Made by a program: the position numbers and the translations under genes
The notes under the pieces: model-generated
Database searches by the model: none
Told to the model about the DNA's origin: nothing
The model's input: the letters and a program-made list of their open reading frames with translations, nothing else
Shown: piece after piece, positions 41,733 to 52,069 of the stretch
Layout of the letters: each line of letters begins with the position of its first letter
How positions within the stretch are numbered: position 1 is the stretch's first letter
NCBI GenBank assembly: GCA_965262715.1
Contig: OZ253553.1
Coordinates: 864,001 to 928,000, forward strand
DNA from: Bdellovibrionales bacterium
Lineage (GTDB): Bacteria; Bdellovibrionota; Bdellovibrionia; Bdellovibrionales; JAUICD01
Direction: 5' to 3'
Length of the DNA: 64,000 bases

Positions 41733-42052
41733 AATCTCTCCAATCTAATAAAAATGCTAAATATTCATGATATTAAAAAAGTTGTAAAGTACTCCAAATT
41801 GCCTTATTTATAGTAAATAGAAAGTATTTTTAATATCGTCTTTAAACATAAGCCTCTATACTTTATTTTAACCAAGTAATACCCAAAAGTGAACCAATAG
41901 TTATTACAAGGTGCAAAATATCTATTTAAATCTAAAGTAGTATTTTCTCATTCTTTGATTTAATCCTGTTACCACTCTATACTTGACTTATTCTAAAAAC
42001 TAGATCACCTATAACAGTTCATAAAAAAAATGAAACAACCGATTTATTAAGT

Positions 42053-43000
42053 ATGGGGTATTTTAAAAAAAGAAAATCATTTTTTTTCTATTTATCTTTG
42101 TCATTGTTTTTTCATGGGTTTTTTGTTTATTTGATTTACTTAACTCCACAATATAAAACTCCAAAACCAGATAGATCCCCTGCATCCTTGATTGCAGTGA
42201 CTATTATGGACAATAAAAACAAGGATCCTCTTAAAGAGAATGCTGCAAAGCAAATTGTAGAGCAAAACCCAGATCTAAGCTATATTCAAAAGTCACCTAA
42301 CAAAAATGCAAAATTTTTAAGTAAGTATCATCAAAAAGTACTTAAAGAAACCGCCTCTAAAAATCCCATCTCTGTAAATAAAGACTCCTCTTTAAAAAAC
42401 ATCCCCAGAAGTGAATTAACACAAAAAGCATCAAAACAAGAGACAGCTATCAATTCTCAAAAAGAAGGTTTATTGCCAAACCTATCTGTGGCCGATCTTA
42501 TACCAAAAACAGACTGGAATCAATATATGAATGTCAAAAAAACAGACACTCAGAAAAAATTATCAGAAAATACTATTAACTTTGAGGATCAAGTCAGTTT
42601 AGGGTTTCAATCCAACGATTATTTGAAGGATATAGAGGAAGGACAGCAAACCTTATTAAATACTAGAGCTTTTAAATTTTATACTTATTATAGTCGGATC
42701 AAACAGCAAGTACAGGCATCATGGAAGTTAATGATAAAAAAAGAAGTAAGAAAACTCTTACTTCAGCAAAGGGAAAGTATTTTAGGAGCTGAACAGAAAA
42801 CAAGTCTGCTTATTACTCTTGATCGTTTTGGAGCTTTAGTGAGTGTTCAAGTCTTAAAAAAATCACATCTTGCTACTTTAGATCATATCGCTGTAAAAAG
42901 CTTCCAACTTACAGCTCCTTTTCCGCATCCTCCAAAAAGCCTTATAGGGGAAAAAGAATTCCTTCAAATTCGTTGGGATTTTATTTTGGAAAATGTATAA
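42053..43000 (+). CDS. TonB C-terminal domain protein (intact copy)
   Basis: N-terminal TM with S...H motif; LLNT..FK.YTYYSRIK; LD..AV..F....PFP.PP. Confidence 0.85.
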   Translation: MGYFKKRKSFFFYLSLSLFFHGFFVYLIYLTPQYKTPKPDRSPASLIAVTIMDNKNKDPLKENAAKQIVEQNPDLSYIQKSPNKNAKFLSKYHQKVLKETASKNPISVNKDSSLKNIPRSELTQKASKQETAINSQKEGLLPNLSVADLIPKTDWNQYMNVKKTDTQKKLSENTINFEDQVSLGFQSNDYLKDIEEGQQTLLNTRAFKFYTYYSRIKQQVQASWKLMIKKEVRKLLLQQRESILGAEQKTSLLITLDRFGALVSVQVLKKSHLATLDHIAVKSFQLTAPFPHPPKSLIGEKEFLQIRWDFILENV

Positions 43001-43021
43001 AGAATGCTTTTTCTTGAAGTA

Positions 43022-43711
43022 TCAATAGGCTCCGGATTGAATCAGGAGAAACTTTTTATATAAGATCACTGCCGCCCAAACAAATGAAAGACAAATAAAA
43101 AAAATTCCTAAATAACCTACAAAAAAGGCTATTTTATCATGGTACTGCATGCTATCAAACTTTGTTAAAAGATAGTGCCAATCATGAACATCTGGATTTT
43201 CCTGTCCTATTATTCCTCCAAGTAGAGGCAGTTTTTTATCCCATGCATCATAAATGTAAGGGGCAACGTCTAAAAAGTTGTACCCAATCCACCACAAGCC
43301 AACTGAAGCTCCAAAATTATCTCTCTGCCTCAAAAACTGAATCATGACAGCCGAGGGCATAAGGCATTGCATAAGACTTCCTCCAAAGGCATGCATGGTA
43401 TTTCCTAGAGGTCTAAAAATCCAATGTCCTGCTTCATGGAAGATCAAATTGACATTATGGAGGAAGTAGTCCGTCATGGAATTATTATAAGGGTCTTTAT
43501 TAAAATCTATCTCGTCAAAAAAGCTAGTACCTATAAAAAACAAGGCGATGTAGAGTAAACAGTGAAAAGAAAAAGCAAGAGAACCAACTTCTCTCTCTTC
43601 TACAAAGAATACCCAATTAAAAAAGCTTTGAATAAAGCTCTCTTGTTTTTTAAAAACCTCTTGTTTCTTAAGAGCAGGTGTTATTTTGTATATTCTTCGT
43701 CTTAATGCCAC
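43022..43711 (-). CDS. Membrane HExxH protein (M50-like), duplicate copy 1
   Basis: FHEAGH, HDWHYLL; translation identical to 46605-47294. Confidence 0.75.
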   Translation of the reverse strand: MALRRRIYKITPALKKQEVFKKQESFIQSFFNWVFFVEEREVGSLAFSFHCLLYIALFFIGTSFFDEIDFNKDPYNNSMTDYFLHNVNLIFHEAGHWIFRPLGNTMHAFGGSLMQCLMPSAVMIQFLRQRDNFGASVGLWWIGYNFLDVAPYIYDAWDKKLPLLGGIIGQENPDVHDWHYLLTKFDSMQYHDKIAFFVGYLGIFFICLSFVWAAVILYKKFLLIQSGAY

Positions 43712-44237
43712 GGTTGTATGGGGCCATGTGTTACTATAACTTCAGGTTGACTAAATAATTTTTGTGATAAATCCAAAATTTGTTGAGTTGTCACTTCATT
43801 GATATGATCGGCATAACTAAAGACTTCTTTATAAGAAATATTATAGATTTCACGGAAGAAAATAGCTGAGCTTAAGGAAGAGTTTTTTTGAAGTGCTATA
43901 TTATAGTGACCTATAAGGTATTTCTTAGCTCTCTCTAATTCTTCTTCTGAGACGAGATGGGTACAAAGTTTTTGAATTTCTATTTTCATCATATCAATTG
44001 CTAATTTTCCTTTATCTGGCTGGCAAGCAATGTAAATAGCAAAAAAACCTGCTTCCTTCCCCATTAGAGAAAAAGGGGTAACCGTGTAAGCTAAAGATGC
44101 CTTATCTCTTAATTCTAAGAACAATCGGCCTGATTGACCTGAAAGAATAGCCTCTAGGACTTCAAGCGCAAATCGGTTTTTATCTCTAAAAGTTAAGCCT
44201 CTATAACCTAATACGATAGATGATTGAGCTTTATCCT
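43702..44237 (-). pseudogene. Duplicated 3' fragment of the M16 peptidase gene
   Basis: Identical to the end of 47285-49999 and cut at the IS end. Confidence 0.9.
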
Positions 44238-46157
44238 CCTGACTTCGACGGTTTAAACTTATAAGTTACTGGGATCATTGGATGATACATTACATCATAG
44301 GCACTACAATTGATTTTTAGTTATGTATTAAGTGTATTTTTATTCAATAAGATAAGGTGTTGTAGAGTGCTTAAGTCCCATAATCTGATAGATTTTCAGA
44401 GCTTCCTTACTTATATTTGAAGGTATAGAGTACTTTCTGTTATTGGTTTGATCTACTAATAAACTATGCTGTACATGGATTAAAGCATTTCGTATAACTT
44501 CCGGTGAACAGGATTGGTATTGTATCTTAATTCTGTAAGCTAAGTGTCTTATACAGACTAAACAGATAAAAGCAATGGCTATGTGTGCTTTGATCCGATC
44601 TGATGTCCAGTGAAATATAGGACGTATTTTTAAATCATGCTTAGCTATCCGGAATGTTTCTTCGACTTGCCATAACCCCTTATATTGGCTAATAATGTCT
44701 AAATCATCCATATCTTTGAGGTTTGTTATGACTCCAAACAAACCATCCCACTTTTGATCTTCTTTGACTCGATTTTCATTGACTGAAAGCTTTTGTTTCT
44801 TGCCTGTGACTTTTAAATACTTCTTATAACCGTAATTGTTTAATAAAGTCTTCACATCTTGAGCCTTTGAGAGTTTCTTAACTAAACTATCTATAGTTTG
44901 TTGACGATCATGTCGATCTTTCTCCGCTCTCTTATAAGAATAACAAACTATCACTTTCCTCTTATTATCTTTATCTTCTAATGATTGAATCTTGAAACCT
45001 TCTTGTTTACTGACAATTTTGTACTTTGACTTATCTAATACAAGCTCTTGTTTTACTTTTGGTAATTTCTTAAGCTTAGCTCCTACAATATAATGAAGAT
45101 TCTCATCTTCTAGTGCTTTTAAATTATCTTCACTTAACATTCCTCTATCAGCGACATAAATAGCTTGTTCTAAGTTATATTTAGACTTCATCTCTTTTAT
45201 CACTGGATTTAAGGTATGACCCTCGAAGATAGCACCCGGGAAAGTCTCGTAACTGACAGGAAAACCTTCTTTGGTCACAACGACTGCTAAACACACTTGA
45301 GATTCTTTAAACTTAGCATCTTTACTGTAACCTCTTTGTCTTAAATCATCTTCAATAATTGATTCAAAATACAGTGTCGTACAATCAAAAAACAAAACTT
45401 TCAAAGGCTCTTTAAAAACCTTTTGTGCCACTTGACCTGCCAGTCTCTTTATCTTATCTATCCTTTTGCTATCTAAACGATCCATCATGCGATAAATCTT
45501 CTCTAACGAAATATGAACTCCAAAATCCTCTTCTAAAAATCGACTGCTCTCTCTTTTACTTTGAGGATTAGCTATCCGAGCCATCACTGTATGAAATAAA
45601 ACCCAATGTGATGAATGATAACGACTCACTGGTAAAATGCGATCTAAACCTAATTCCTTGTACATAGCTCCATAAACCTCATGAATACCTACAATGACTC
45701 TTTGATCTTCCCTTAGTTTCTTAAGATCTACTTTTAAGGGTTTATTGCAATGACGAAACTTGGACTCAATCACTTGTTTAGAAATCTCTTCCGGAGCAAA
45801 AAAAGATAATTGATTTTCATTTGTTAGTTTAGCTTTGATGAATTCTCCAAGCTCTTGAAGACGAAATAGCTCATCCTCATCTTGAGCCACTCCGACATGA
45901 CGGATGATCTTTTGGCGAACTTTATTGCCATAACGGATAGAATCAACGATCTGAACTGACTGCCTTGGACTGTTTGGTGTGCTTTTGATTCTTACAAACA
46001 TAAAAATAATTTAATGCTTATTAAAAAAAAAGTCAAAATAAAAATAAAAATAATCTGACTTGGTGTGTTACTAGGCACTACATCGAAAACTTACTCCAAA
46101 ATCCTATAACCATCAATGTTACAAAATCAATACCGAACATAAACCGTCGAAGTCAGG
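44238..46157 (-). mobile_element. IS1634-family element B, copy 1 (1920 bp)
   Basis: 18-bp perfect TIR cctgacttcgacggttta. Confidence 0.95.
44340..46001 (-). CDS. IS1634 transposase (553 aa)
   Basis: FDCTTLYFE, GYSKD, VADRGM, LWQVEETFR..K..L..RPIFHW. Confidence 0.95.
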   Translation of the reverse strand: MFVRIKSTPNSPRQSVQIVDSIRYGNKVRQKIIRHVGVAQDEDELFRLQELGEFIKAKLTNENQLSFFAPEEISKQVIESKFRHCNKPLKVDLKKLREDQRVIVGIHEVYGAMYKELGLDRILPVSRYHSSHWVLFHTVMARIANPQSKRESSRFLEEDFGVHISLEKIYRMMDRLDSKRIDKIKRLAGQVAQKVFKEPLKVLFFDCTTLYFESIIEDDLRQRGYSKDAKFKESQVCLAVVVTKEGFPVSYETFPGAIFEGHTLNPVIKEMKSKYNLEQAIYVADRGMLSEDNLKALEDENLHYIVGAKLKKLPKVKQELVLDKSKYKIVSKQEGFKIQSLEDKDNKRKVIVCYSYKRAEKDRHDRQQTIDSLVKKLSKAQDVKTLLNNYGYKKYLKVTGKKQKLSVNENRVKEDQKWDGLFGVITNLKDMDDLDIISQYKGLWQVEETFRIAKHDLKIRPIFHWTSDRIKAHIAIAFICLVCIRHLAYRIKIQYQSCSPEVIRNALIHVQHSLLVDQTNNRKYSIPSNISKEALKIYQIMGLKHSTTPYLIE

Positions 46158-46583
46158 ATTAACTTTGAGGATCAAGTCAGTTTAGGGTTTCAATCCAACG
46201 ATTATTTGAAGGATATAGAGGAAGGACAGCAAACCTTATTAAATACTAGAGCTTTTAAATTTTATACTTATTATAGTCGGATCAAACAGCAAGTACAGGC
46301 ATCATGGAAGTTAATGATAAAAAAAGAAGTAAGAAAACTCTTACTTCAGCAAAGGGAAAGTATTTTAGGAGCTGAACAGAAAACAAGTCTGCTTATTACT
46401 CTTGATCGTTTTGGAGCTTTAGTGAGTGTTCAAGTCTTAAAAAAATCACATCTTGCTACTTTAGATCATATCGCTGTAAAAAGCTTCCAACTTACAGCTC
46501 CTTTTCCGCATCCTCCAAAAAGCCTTATAGGGGAAAAAGAATTCCTTCAAATTCGTTGGGATTTTATTTTGGAAAATGTATAA
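46158..46583 (+). pseudogene. Duplicated 3' fragment of the TonB-domain gene
   Basis: Identical to 42575-43000; lacks the N-terminal anchor. Confidence 0.88.
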
Positions 46584-46604
46584 AGAATGCTTTTTCTTGA
46601 AGTA

Positions 46605-47294
46605 TCAATAGGCTCCGGATTGAATCAGGAGAAACTTTTTATATAAGATCACTGCCGCCCAAACAAATGAAAGACAAATAAAAAAAATTCCTAAATAACC
46701 TACAAAAAAGGCTATTTTATCATGGTACTGCATGCTATCAAACTTTGTTAAAAGATAGTGCCAATCATGAACATCTGGATTTTCCTGTCCTATTATTCCT
46801 CCAAGTAGAGGCAGTTTTTTATCCCATGCATCATAAATGTAAGGGGCAACGTCTAAAAAGTTGTACCCAATCCACCACAAGCCAACTGAAGCTCCAAAAT
46901 TATCTCTCTGCCTCAAAAACTGAATCATGACAGCCGAGGGCATAAGGCATTGCATAAGACTTCCTCCAAAGGCATGCATGGTATTTCCTAGAGGTCTAAA
47001 AATCCAATGTCCTGCTTCATGGAAGATCAAATTGACATTATGGAGGAAGTAGTCCGTCATGGAATTATTATAAGGGTCTTTATTAAAATCTATCTCGTCA
47101 AAAAAGCTAGTACCTATAAAAAACAAGGCGATGTAGAGTAAACAGTGAAAAGAAAAAGCAAGAGAACCAACTTCTCTCTCTTCTACAAAGAATACCCAAT
47201 TAAAAAAGCTTTGAATAAAGCTCTCTTGTTTTTTAAAAACCTCTTGTTTCTTAAGAGCAGGTGTTATTTTGTATATTCTTCGTCTTAATGCCAC
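46605..47294 (-). CDS. Membrane HExxH protein (M50-like), duplicate copy 2
   Basis: As copy 1; GTG start overlaps the M16 stop. Confidence 0.75.
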   Translation of the reverse strand: MALRRRIYKITPALKKQEVFKKQESFIQSFFNWVFFVEEREVGSLAFSFHCLLYIALFFIGTSFFDEIDFNKDPYNNSMTDYFLHNVNLIFHEAGHWIFRPLGNTMHAFGGSLMQCLMPSAVMIQFLRQRDNFGASVGLWWIGYNFLDVAPYIYDAWDKKLPLLGGIIGQENPDVHDWHYLLTKFDSMQYHDKIAFFVGYLGIFFICLSFVWAAVILYKKFLLIQSGAY

Positions 47295-49999
47295 GGTTGT
47301 ATGGGGCCATGTGTTACTATAACTTCAGGTTGACTAAATAATTTTTGTGATAAATCCAAAATTTGTTGAGTTGTCACTTCATTGATATGATCGGCATAAC
47401 TAAAGACTTCTTTATAAGAAATATTATAGATTTCACGGAAGAAAATAGCTGAGCTTAAGGAAGAGTTTTTTTGAAGTGCTATATTATAGTGACCTATAAG
47501 GTATTTCTTAGCTCTCTCTAATTCTTCTTCTGAGACGAGATGGGTACAAAGTTTTTGAATTTCTATTTTCATCATATCAATTGCTAATTTTCCTTTATCT
47601 GGCTGGCAAGCAATGTAAATAGCAAAAAAACCTGCTTCCTTCCCCATTAGAGAAAAAGGGGTAACCGTGTAAGCTAAAGATGCCTTATCTCTTAATTCTA
47701 AGAACAATCGGCCTGATTGACCTGAAAGAATAGCCTCTAGGACTTCAAGCGCAAATCGGTTTTTATCTCTAAAAGTTAAGCCTCTATAACCTAATACGAT
47801 AGATGATTGAGCTTTATCCTTCATCTCATAGAAATAAGTTATTCCCTGAGTCAGTGGTTTTAATAAAGGATAAGGTGTATCTGAGAATTTGCTAAAAGAA
47901 AAGGACTCTATCAGATTTGTAAAAGTTTCTTGTATTTGCTCAAAATCGCAATCTCCAACAATAGATATGACCATTCTTTGAGGGTTCATTACCTTTTTCC
48001 AATAAGAAAGCAAGTCTTCTTGATGGACAATATCCAATGAATCGTTTGTGCCAAGCGGGTCTTTTGCATAAGGATGCCCTTTAAACAATATCTCTTTAAA
48101 AGATCTTATGGTCATCTTTAGAGGAGAGTCTTTGCGTTGAGCCAGCTTTTCTTTCATGGCCATTTTCTCCCTTTCTATAATTTCTTTTAAGAAGAGAGGT
48201 GACTTCAATACACTTTTTAAAAGAATTAAGCTTTGATCTAAAGAAGATGAAAGAGTTGTTAAACTCAAACCCAATGTATGTCTTCCTGAAAAAGCACTTA
48301 AAAAAGAGGCTAATTCATCAAGTTTTTGTTTTAGAAGACCTTCTGGATATTCAGAGGTGCCACAGGACCAAGACCTTCTAGTTAACTCAGAAATACCAAT
48401 AAATGCATCTGGCTCCACAATAGCTCCACCACCTTCAAAGCCTAAATCCAAACTCACAGTAGGTGTTTGAGTGGATTTGTAAACATACATTCTAGCACCT
48501 AATGGCAATTTTATTTCTTTTATCTCTGGCAAGGGTTTTTGTGAGACTTTTGGTGTGACTTTCTTCAAGTCATCATTATGGGCTTTATGATTTAGTGATG
48601 AAAAAAATTCTTTTTCATAGTGTTCAGCCCAATTTTCTAACTTAGTTTTAAGACTTTCTTGAGGGGTATTTTTGGTCATTACACAAAGTGACATATTTTC
48701 AGGAGATAAATATTTTTTAGTAACGTCAATAATATCTTTAATTTTTAACTGGTCAAGCTGGTTAAGGTGCTTTTTCCAACAATCAGGATCGTTCCATAGA
48801 GTTTCATAAAAGCCATATTTTTCTGAAAGGCCATCAACTGTTTCCATGTCATAATATTGATCGCTTTTTATCATGGTGATAGCTTTTTGAAGTTCCTTTA
48901 AAGGTGGATTTTTGGTAAAAAAAGATAACAATTCTTTTGCGAGGCTCTCAAGAGTGATATCGATCTTATCTTCAGAAAGCTGGCAAGAGATAATAAAAAC
49001 TCCACTATCTCTAAGGACATAGGTGTAAGAGCTTACAGAATTGACATAAAGGTTTTGCATTCTTAGTTCTTTATATAATCGAGAACTGTGACCTTGTCCC
49101 ATTATCACAGAAAGGGCTTCCAAAGCTGGTAAGTCATTCCGAAATGAAGATAATCTCCATGCTAAATGGATATGTGCTTCTTCAAATGAGGTTTTTTGAA
49201 CACCAATATTTTTTACTTTTTGAAAGTGAGTAACTTTTTTTTGTAAAGATGTGTGTTTTTTTAAAGCATTAAAGTAATGGTGAATGGAAGATTTAATTTG
49301 AGAAGCTTGAAAGTCACCTGAAATAACAAGAGTCATATTTTGAGGATAATAGTGATCTTGATAGTATTTTTTAATTTGCTCTGGAGTAAAATTTTTAATA
49401 TTCTCCTCATAACCTAAAATAGGATGTCCATAAGGATGTTTAGGATAAATTTTAGAGAAAAGGAGATCAGCTGATTGGCTGTGGGGGTTGTCTTTTGCTC
49501 TTTTTATCTCTTCAATAACAACCTGTCTCTCATCATCAATACTTTTTGCATTAAATTTAGGAAAAATAATCATTTGGCTTAAAGCATCGAAGGCTATTTG
49601 AGTGTAATGACTTGCAATTGTGATATAAAAAACAGTGTGGTCAAAGGAGGTGTAGGCATTAAGCCCTCCTCCTGCTGCTTCAATGAGATTTGCAACTTCT
49701 CCTACCTGGAACTTATCTGTTTCTTTAAAGAGAAGATGCTCAATAAAATGAGTTATACCCTCCTGTCCTCTTTGCTCATCTACGCTACCTGTTTTGACCC
49801 AAATTTGAGCAGATATAACAGGCGATTTGTGGCTCTCAATTAAAAGCACATTTAGGTTATTTGAGAGTTGATATTTTTCATGAGTTAAATTATAAGGATT
49901 TATGCCATCTTCTTTAAAATTTTCTAGCAACGGTGAAGCTGAATATCTTGATAGTTCACCTTCTTTACCTCTTGCAAATGATTGTTTTGGCTTATACAT
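47285..49999 (-). CDS. M16-family zinc peptidase (intact copy; true start probably downstream of 49999)
   Basis: HFIEH (HxxEH), NAYTSFD, ERQVVIEE; two-lobed M16 architecture. Confidence 0.92.
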   Translation of the reverse strand: MYKPKQSFARGKEGELSRYSASPLLENFKEDGINPYNLTHEKYQLSNNLNVLLIESHKSPVISAQIWVKTGSVDEQRGQEGITHFIEHLLFKETDKFQVGEVANLIEAAGGGLNAYTSFDHTVFYITIASHYTQIAFDALSQMIIFPKFNAKSIDDERQVVIEEIKRAKDNPHSQSADLLFSKIYPKHPYGHPILGYEENIKNFTPEQIKKYYQDHYYPQNMTLVISGDFQASQIKSSIHHYFNALKKHTSLQKKVTHFQKVKNIGVQKTSFEEAHIHLAWRLSSFRNDLPALEALSVIMGQGHSSRLYKELRMQNLYVNSVSSYTYVLRDSGVFIISCQLSEDKIDITLESLAKELLSFFTKNPPLKELQKAITMIKSDQYYDMETVDGLSEKYGFYETLWNDPDCWKKHLNQLDQLKIKDIIDVTKKYLSPENMSLCVMTKNTPQESLKTKLENWAEHYEKEFFSSLNHKAHNDDLKKVTPKVSQKPLPEIKEIKLPLGARMYVYKSTQTPTVSLDLGFEGGGAIVEPDAFIGISELTRRSWSCGTSEYPEGLLKQKLDELASFLSAFSGRHTLGLSLTTLSSSLDQSLILLKSVLKSPLFLKEIIEREKMAMKEKLAQRKDSPLKMTIRSFKEILFKGHPYAKDPLGTNDSLDIVHQEDLLSYWKKVMNPQRMVISIVGDCDFEQIQETFTNLIESFSFSKFSDTPYPLLKPLTQGITYFYEMKDKAQSSIVLGYRGLTFRDKNRFALEVLEAILSGQSGRLFLELRDKASLAYTVTPFSLMGKEAGFFAIYIACQPDKGKLAIDMMKIEIQKLCTHLVSEEELERAKKYLIGHYNIALQKNSSLSSAIFFREIYNISYKEVFSYADHINEVTTQQILDLSQKLFSQPEVIVTHGPIQPWH

Positions 50000-51188
50000 T
50001 CACATCCCCTTTTGTATTCAACTCTGTCCCTACTGCTCTTTTGCAAAATATAAGATTGGAACCACTCTTTCTAAAAAAGATTATCTGACTCTTTTAAAAA
50101 AAGAAATCCAATATATAGCTTATCATTTCAACAAAAAAAAACCTACATCTATTTACTTTGGTGGAGGAACTCCTAGTATTCTAAAAGCTAAAGAGATTGT
50201 AGGTCTCATCTTAGAATTAAAGAAGGCAGGGTTTGACCTCAACCAGGTCAAAGAAATCACCGTAGAGGTAGACCCTAAAACAATGGATGATATAGAAGGT
50301 TTATCTATTCTAAAGGCAGGAGGAGTCAATCGTATCAGTTTAGGAGTGCAAAGTTGTAATGATAAATTTTTGGCCCAAATAGGGCGTATTCATAGATCTA
50401 TTGATATTCAAAAAACTATAGATGCTTTGCACAAACATCACCTCTCTTTTTCCATGGACTTACTCTTTGGGTTGCCAAATCAAACACTTCATGATTTAAA
50501 AAAAGACCTCAAAGACTTCATGGAATATTCACCTTGTCATATCAGTGCTTACCTTTTAGAAGTACCAACTCATAATAAACTCTATCTTAAACAACCTAGT
50601 GAGGGGAAACAAGTGGAAATGTTTGAATTTATTGAAGAAATTCTAACAATAAACAGCTTTAACCGCTATGAAATTTCAAACTATGCTAAGGTTAAACATG
50701 AAAGCCAACATAATTTGCTTTATTGGAATGACTGTTCTTACTTGGGCTTAGGACTTGGAGCTCATTCTTATTTAAAGTTTCCTGATGCGATTTTCAAATG
50801 GGGAATGCGATTTTGGAACCCAAGAGTTATGTCTAGATATAAAACTTGGGTTGAAGGTTTAAATTTTAAGACAAACTTCTATAAAACTAGGCAAGATAAA
50901 GAAAAGGAAGAACTAAGAATATATCAGTCTTTAACTGACTTTTGTCACACTCAATTGAGAAAGACAAAAGGATTAAGTTATCAAAGCCTTTTGGATAAAT
51001 ATAATAAAAAAGTAGGACAAATAGTTCTAAAAAGATCCAGGTTATTAGAGCAAAGAGGTCTTCTTTCTGTTTATAAATTGAAACATGACCTTATCTTGGT
51101 CTTATCTAAAAAAGGAAGGATATTATCAAACCTTGTATTCCAAGAACTCACTTTTCTAAAAGAAGAATGTCTAGATATAGAAGAATAA
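49902..51188 (+). CDS. hemW: Radical SAM heme chaperone HemW
   Basis: LYIHIPFCIQLCPYC, YFGGGTPS, YEISNYA, HNLLYW. Confidence 0.9.
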   Translation: MPSSLKFSSNGEAEYLDSSPSLPLANDCFGLYIHIPFCIQLCPYCSFAKYKIGTTLSKKDYLTLLKKEIQYIAYHFNKKKPTSIYFGGGTPSILKAKEIVGLILELKKAGFDLNQVKEITVEVDPKTMDDIEGLSILKAGGVNRISLGVQSCNDKFLAQIGRIHRSIDIQKTIDALHKHHLSFSMDLLFGLPNQTLHDLKKDLKDFMEYSPCHISAYLLEVPTHNKLYLKQPSEGKQVEMFEFIEEILTINSFNRYEISNYAKVKHESQHNLLYWNDCSYLGLGLGAHSYLKFPDAIFKWGMRFWNPRVMSRYKTWVEGLNFKTNFYKTRQDKEKEELRIYQSLTDFCHTQLRKTKGLSYQSLLDKYNKKVGQIVLKRSRLLEQRGLLSVYKLKHDLILVLSKKGRILSNLVFQELTFLKEECLDIEE

Positions 51189-51306
51189 ATATTGACTCAT
51201 AGTTTAGCACTTATATATTAAATTTGAGTTAGATTTTGAATATGTTGTACAAATAATGTATTATAGATACTATAGGTCATTATATGCAATTATCTAGTGA
51301 GAAAGG

Positions 51307-52047
51307 TTGATGGATATGTCTTATCAGGCAAAAGGTGCAACGCAACAAGATGCTCCAAAACCTAAGACCAAAAATACAAGTTCTCGATCAACAGTTGATC
51401 AGGAATCACAGTCTTATGCTATAAAAAGACATGCAAAATCAAAAACAAAATCACCTACCCATAAGCCTCAGAAAAAATTGCACCAAAAAATACAAGAAAA
51501 ACTAGCGCATAAACTAGTATCAAAAGCAAAACAGAAAAGACAGCCATCAGTTCATTTAGTTGAAATTGAAAAATATAAAAAAGAATTAGAACAGTACAAA
51601 AAAGATTTTTTATATTTAAAGGCAGAATTTGACAATTATAAGAAAAGAACATTGTATGAACGATCCGAGTTGCAAAAGTATGCTTCAGAGTTTTTAGCTA
51701 TAGAAATATTAGAGGTGGTTGATATATTTGAGAGGGCACTGTCTTTTAAGATAGACTCTCAAAATATTCAAAGTTTTGCTGATGGGATAAAGATGGTCTA
51801 TTCATCTTTTTTAAATGCTCTTGAAAAACAAGGAATAGAAGAAATATCTATTTTAGGTAAAGCTTTTGATCCAAATTTATGTAATGCTTTAAGCAAAGAG
51901 TCAACTAACAGTGTTCCTCCTGAGCACATCAGCCAGGTGATTAAAAAATGTTATAAACTGCATGATAAAATTATTCGTTTTGGACAAGTTATTGTAGCTC
52001 AGAAACCCTTGGAGGATTCATCTCAACAAAAAGGATCTTCTTGCTAA
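51307..52047 (+). CDS. grpE: Nucleotide exchange factor GrpE
   Basis: LKAEFDNYKKR, FDPN, YKLHDKIIR..QVIVA. Confidence 0.9.
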   Translation: MMDMSYQAKGATQQDAPKPKTKNTSSRSTVDQESQSYAIKRHAKSKTKSPTHKPQKKLHQKIQEKLAHKLVSKAKQKRQPSVHLVEIEKYKKELEQYKKDFLYLKAEFDNYKKRTLYERSELQKYASEFLAIEILEVVDIFERALSFKIDSQNIQSFADGIKMVYSSFLNALEKQGIEEISILGKAFDPNLCNALSKESTNSVPPEHISQVIKKCYKLHDKIIRFGQVIVAQKPLEDSSQQKGSSC

Positions 52048-52069
52048 ATAAATATGGTGACATCTTGAA

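Larger units (their letters stand above)
42575..44237 (+). repeat. 1663-bp direct target duplication, left copy
   Basis: attaactttgagg...gagctttatcct, repeated at 46158-47820; flush with the TIRs. Confidence 0.95.
46158..47820 (+). repeat. 1663-bp direct target duplication, right copy
   Basis: Copy of 42575-44237. Confidence 0.95.

Noticed and set aside
51204..51232. CIRCE operator upstream of grpE
   Set aside because: Only a half-site (ttagcact) is present; there is no GAGTGCTAA arm at 9-bp spacing.
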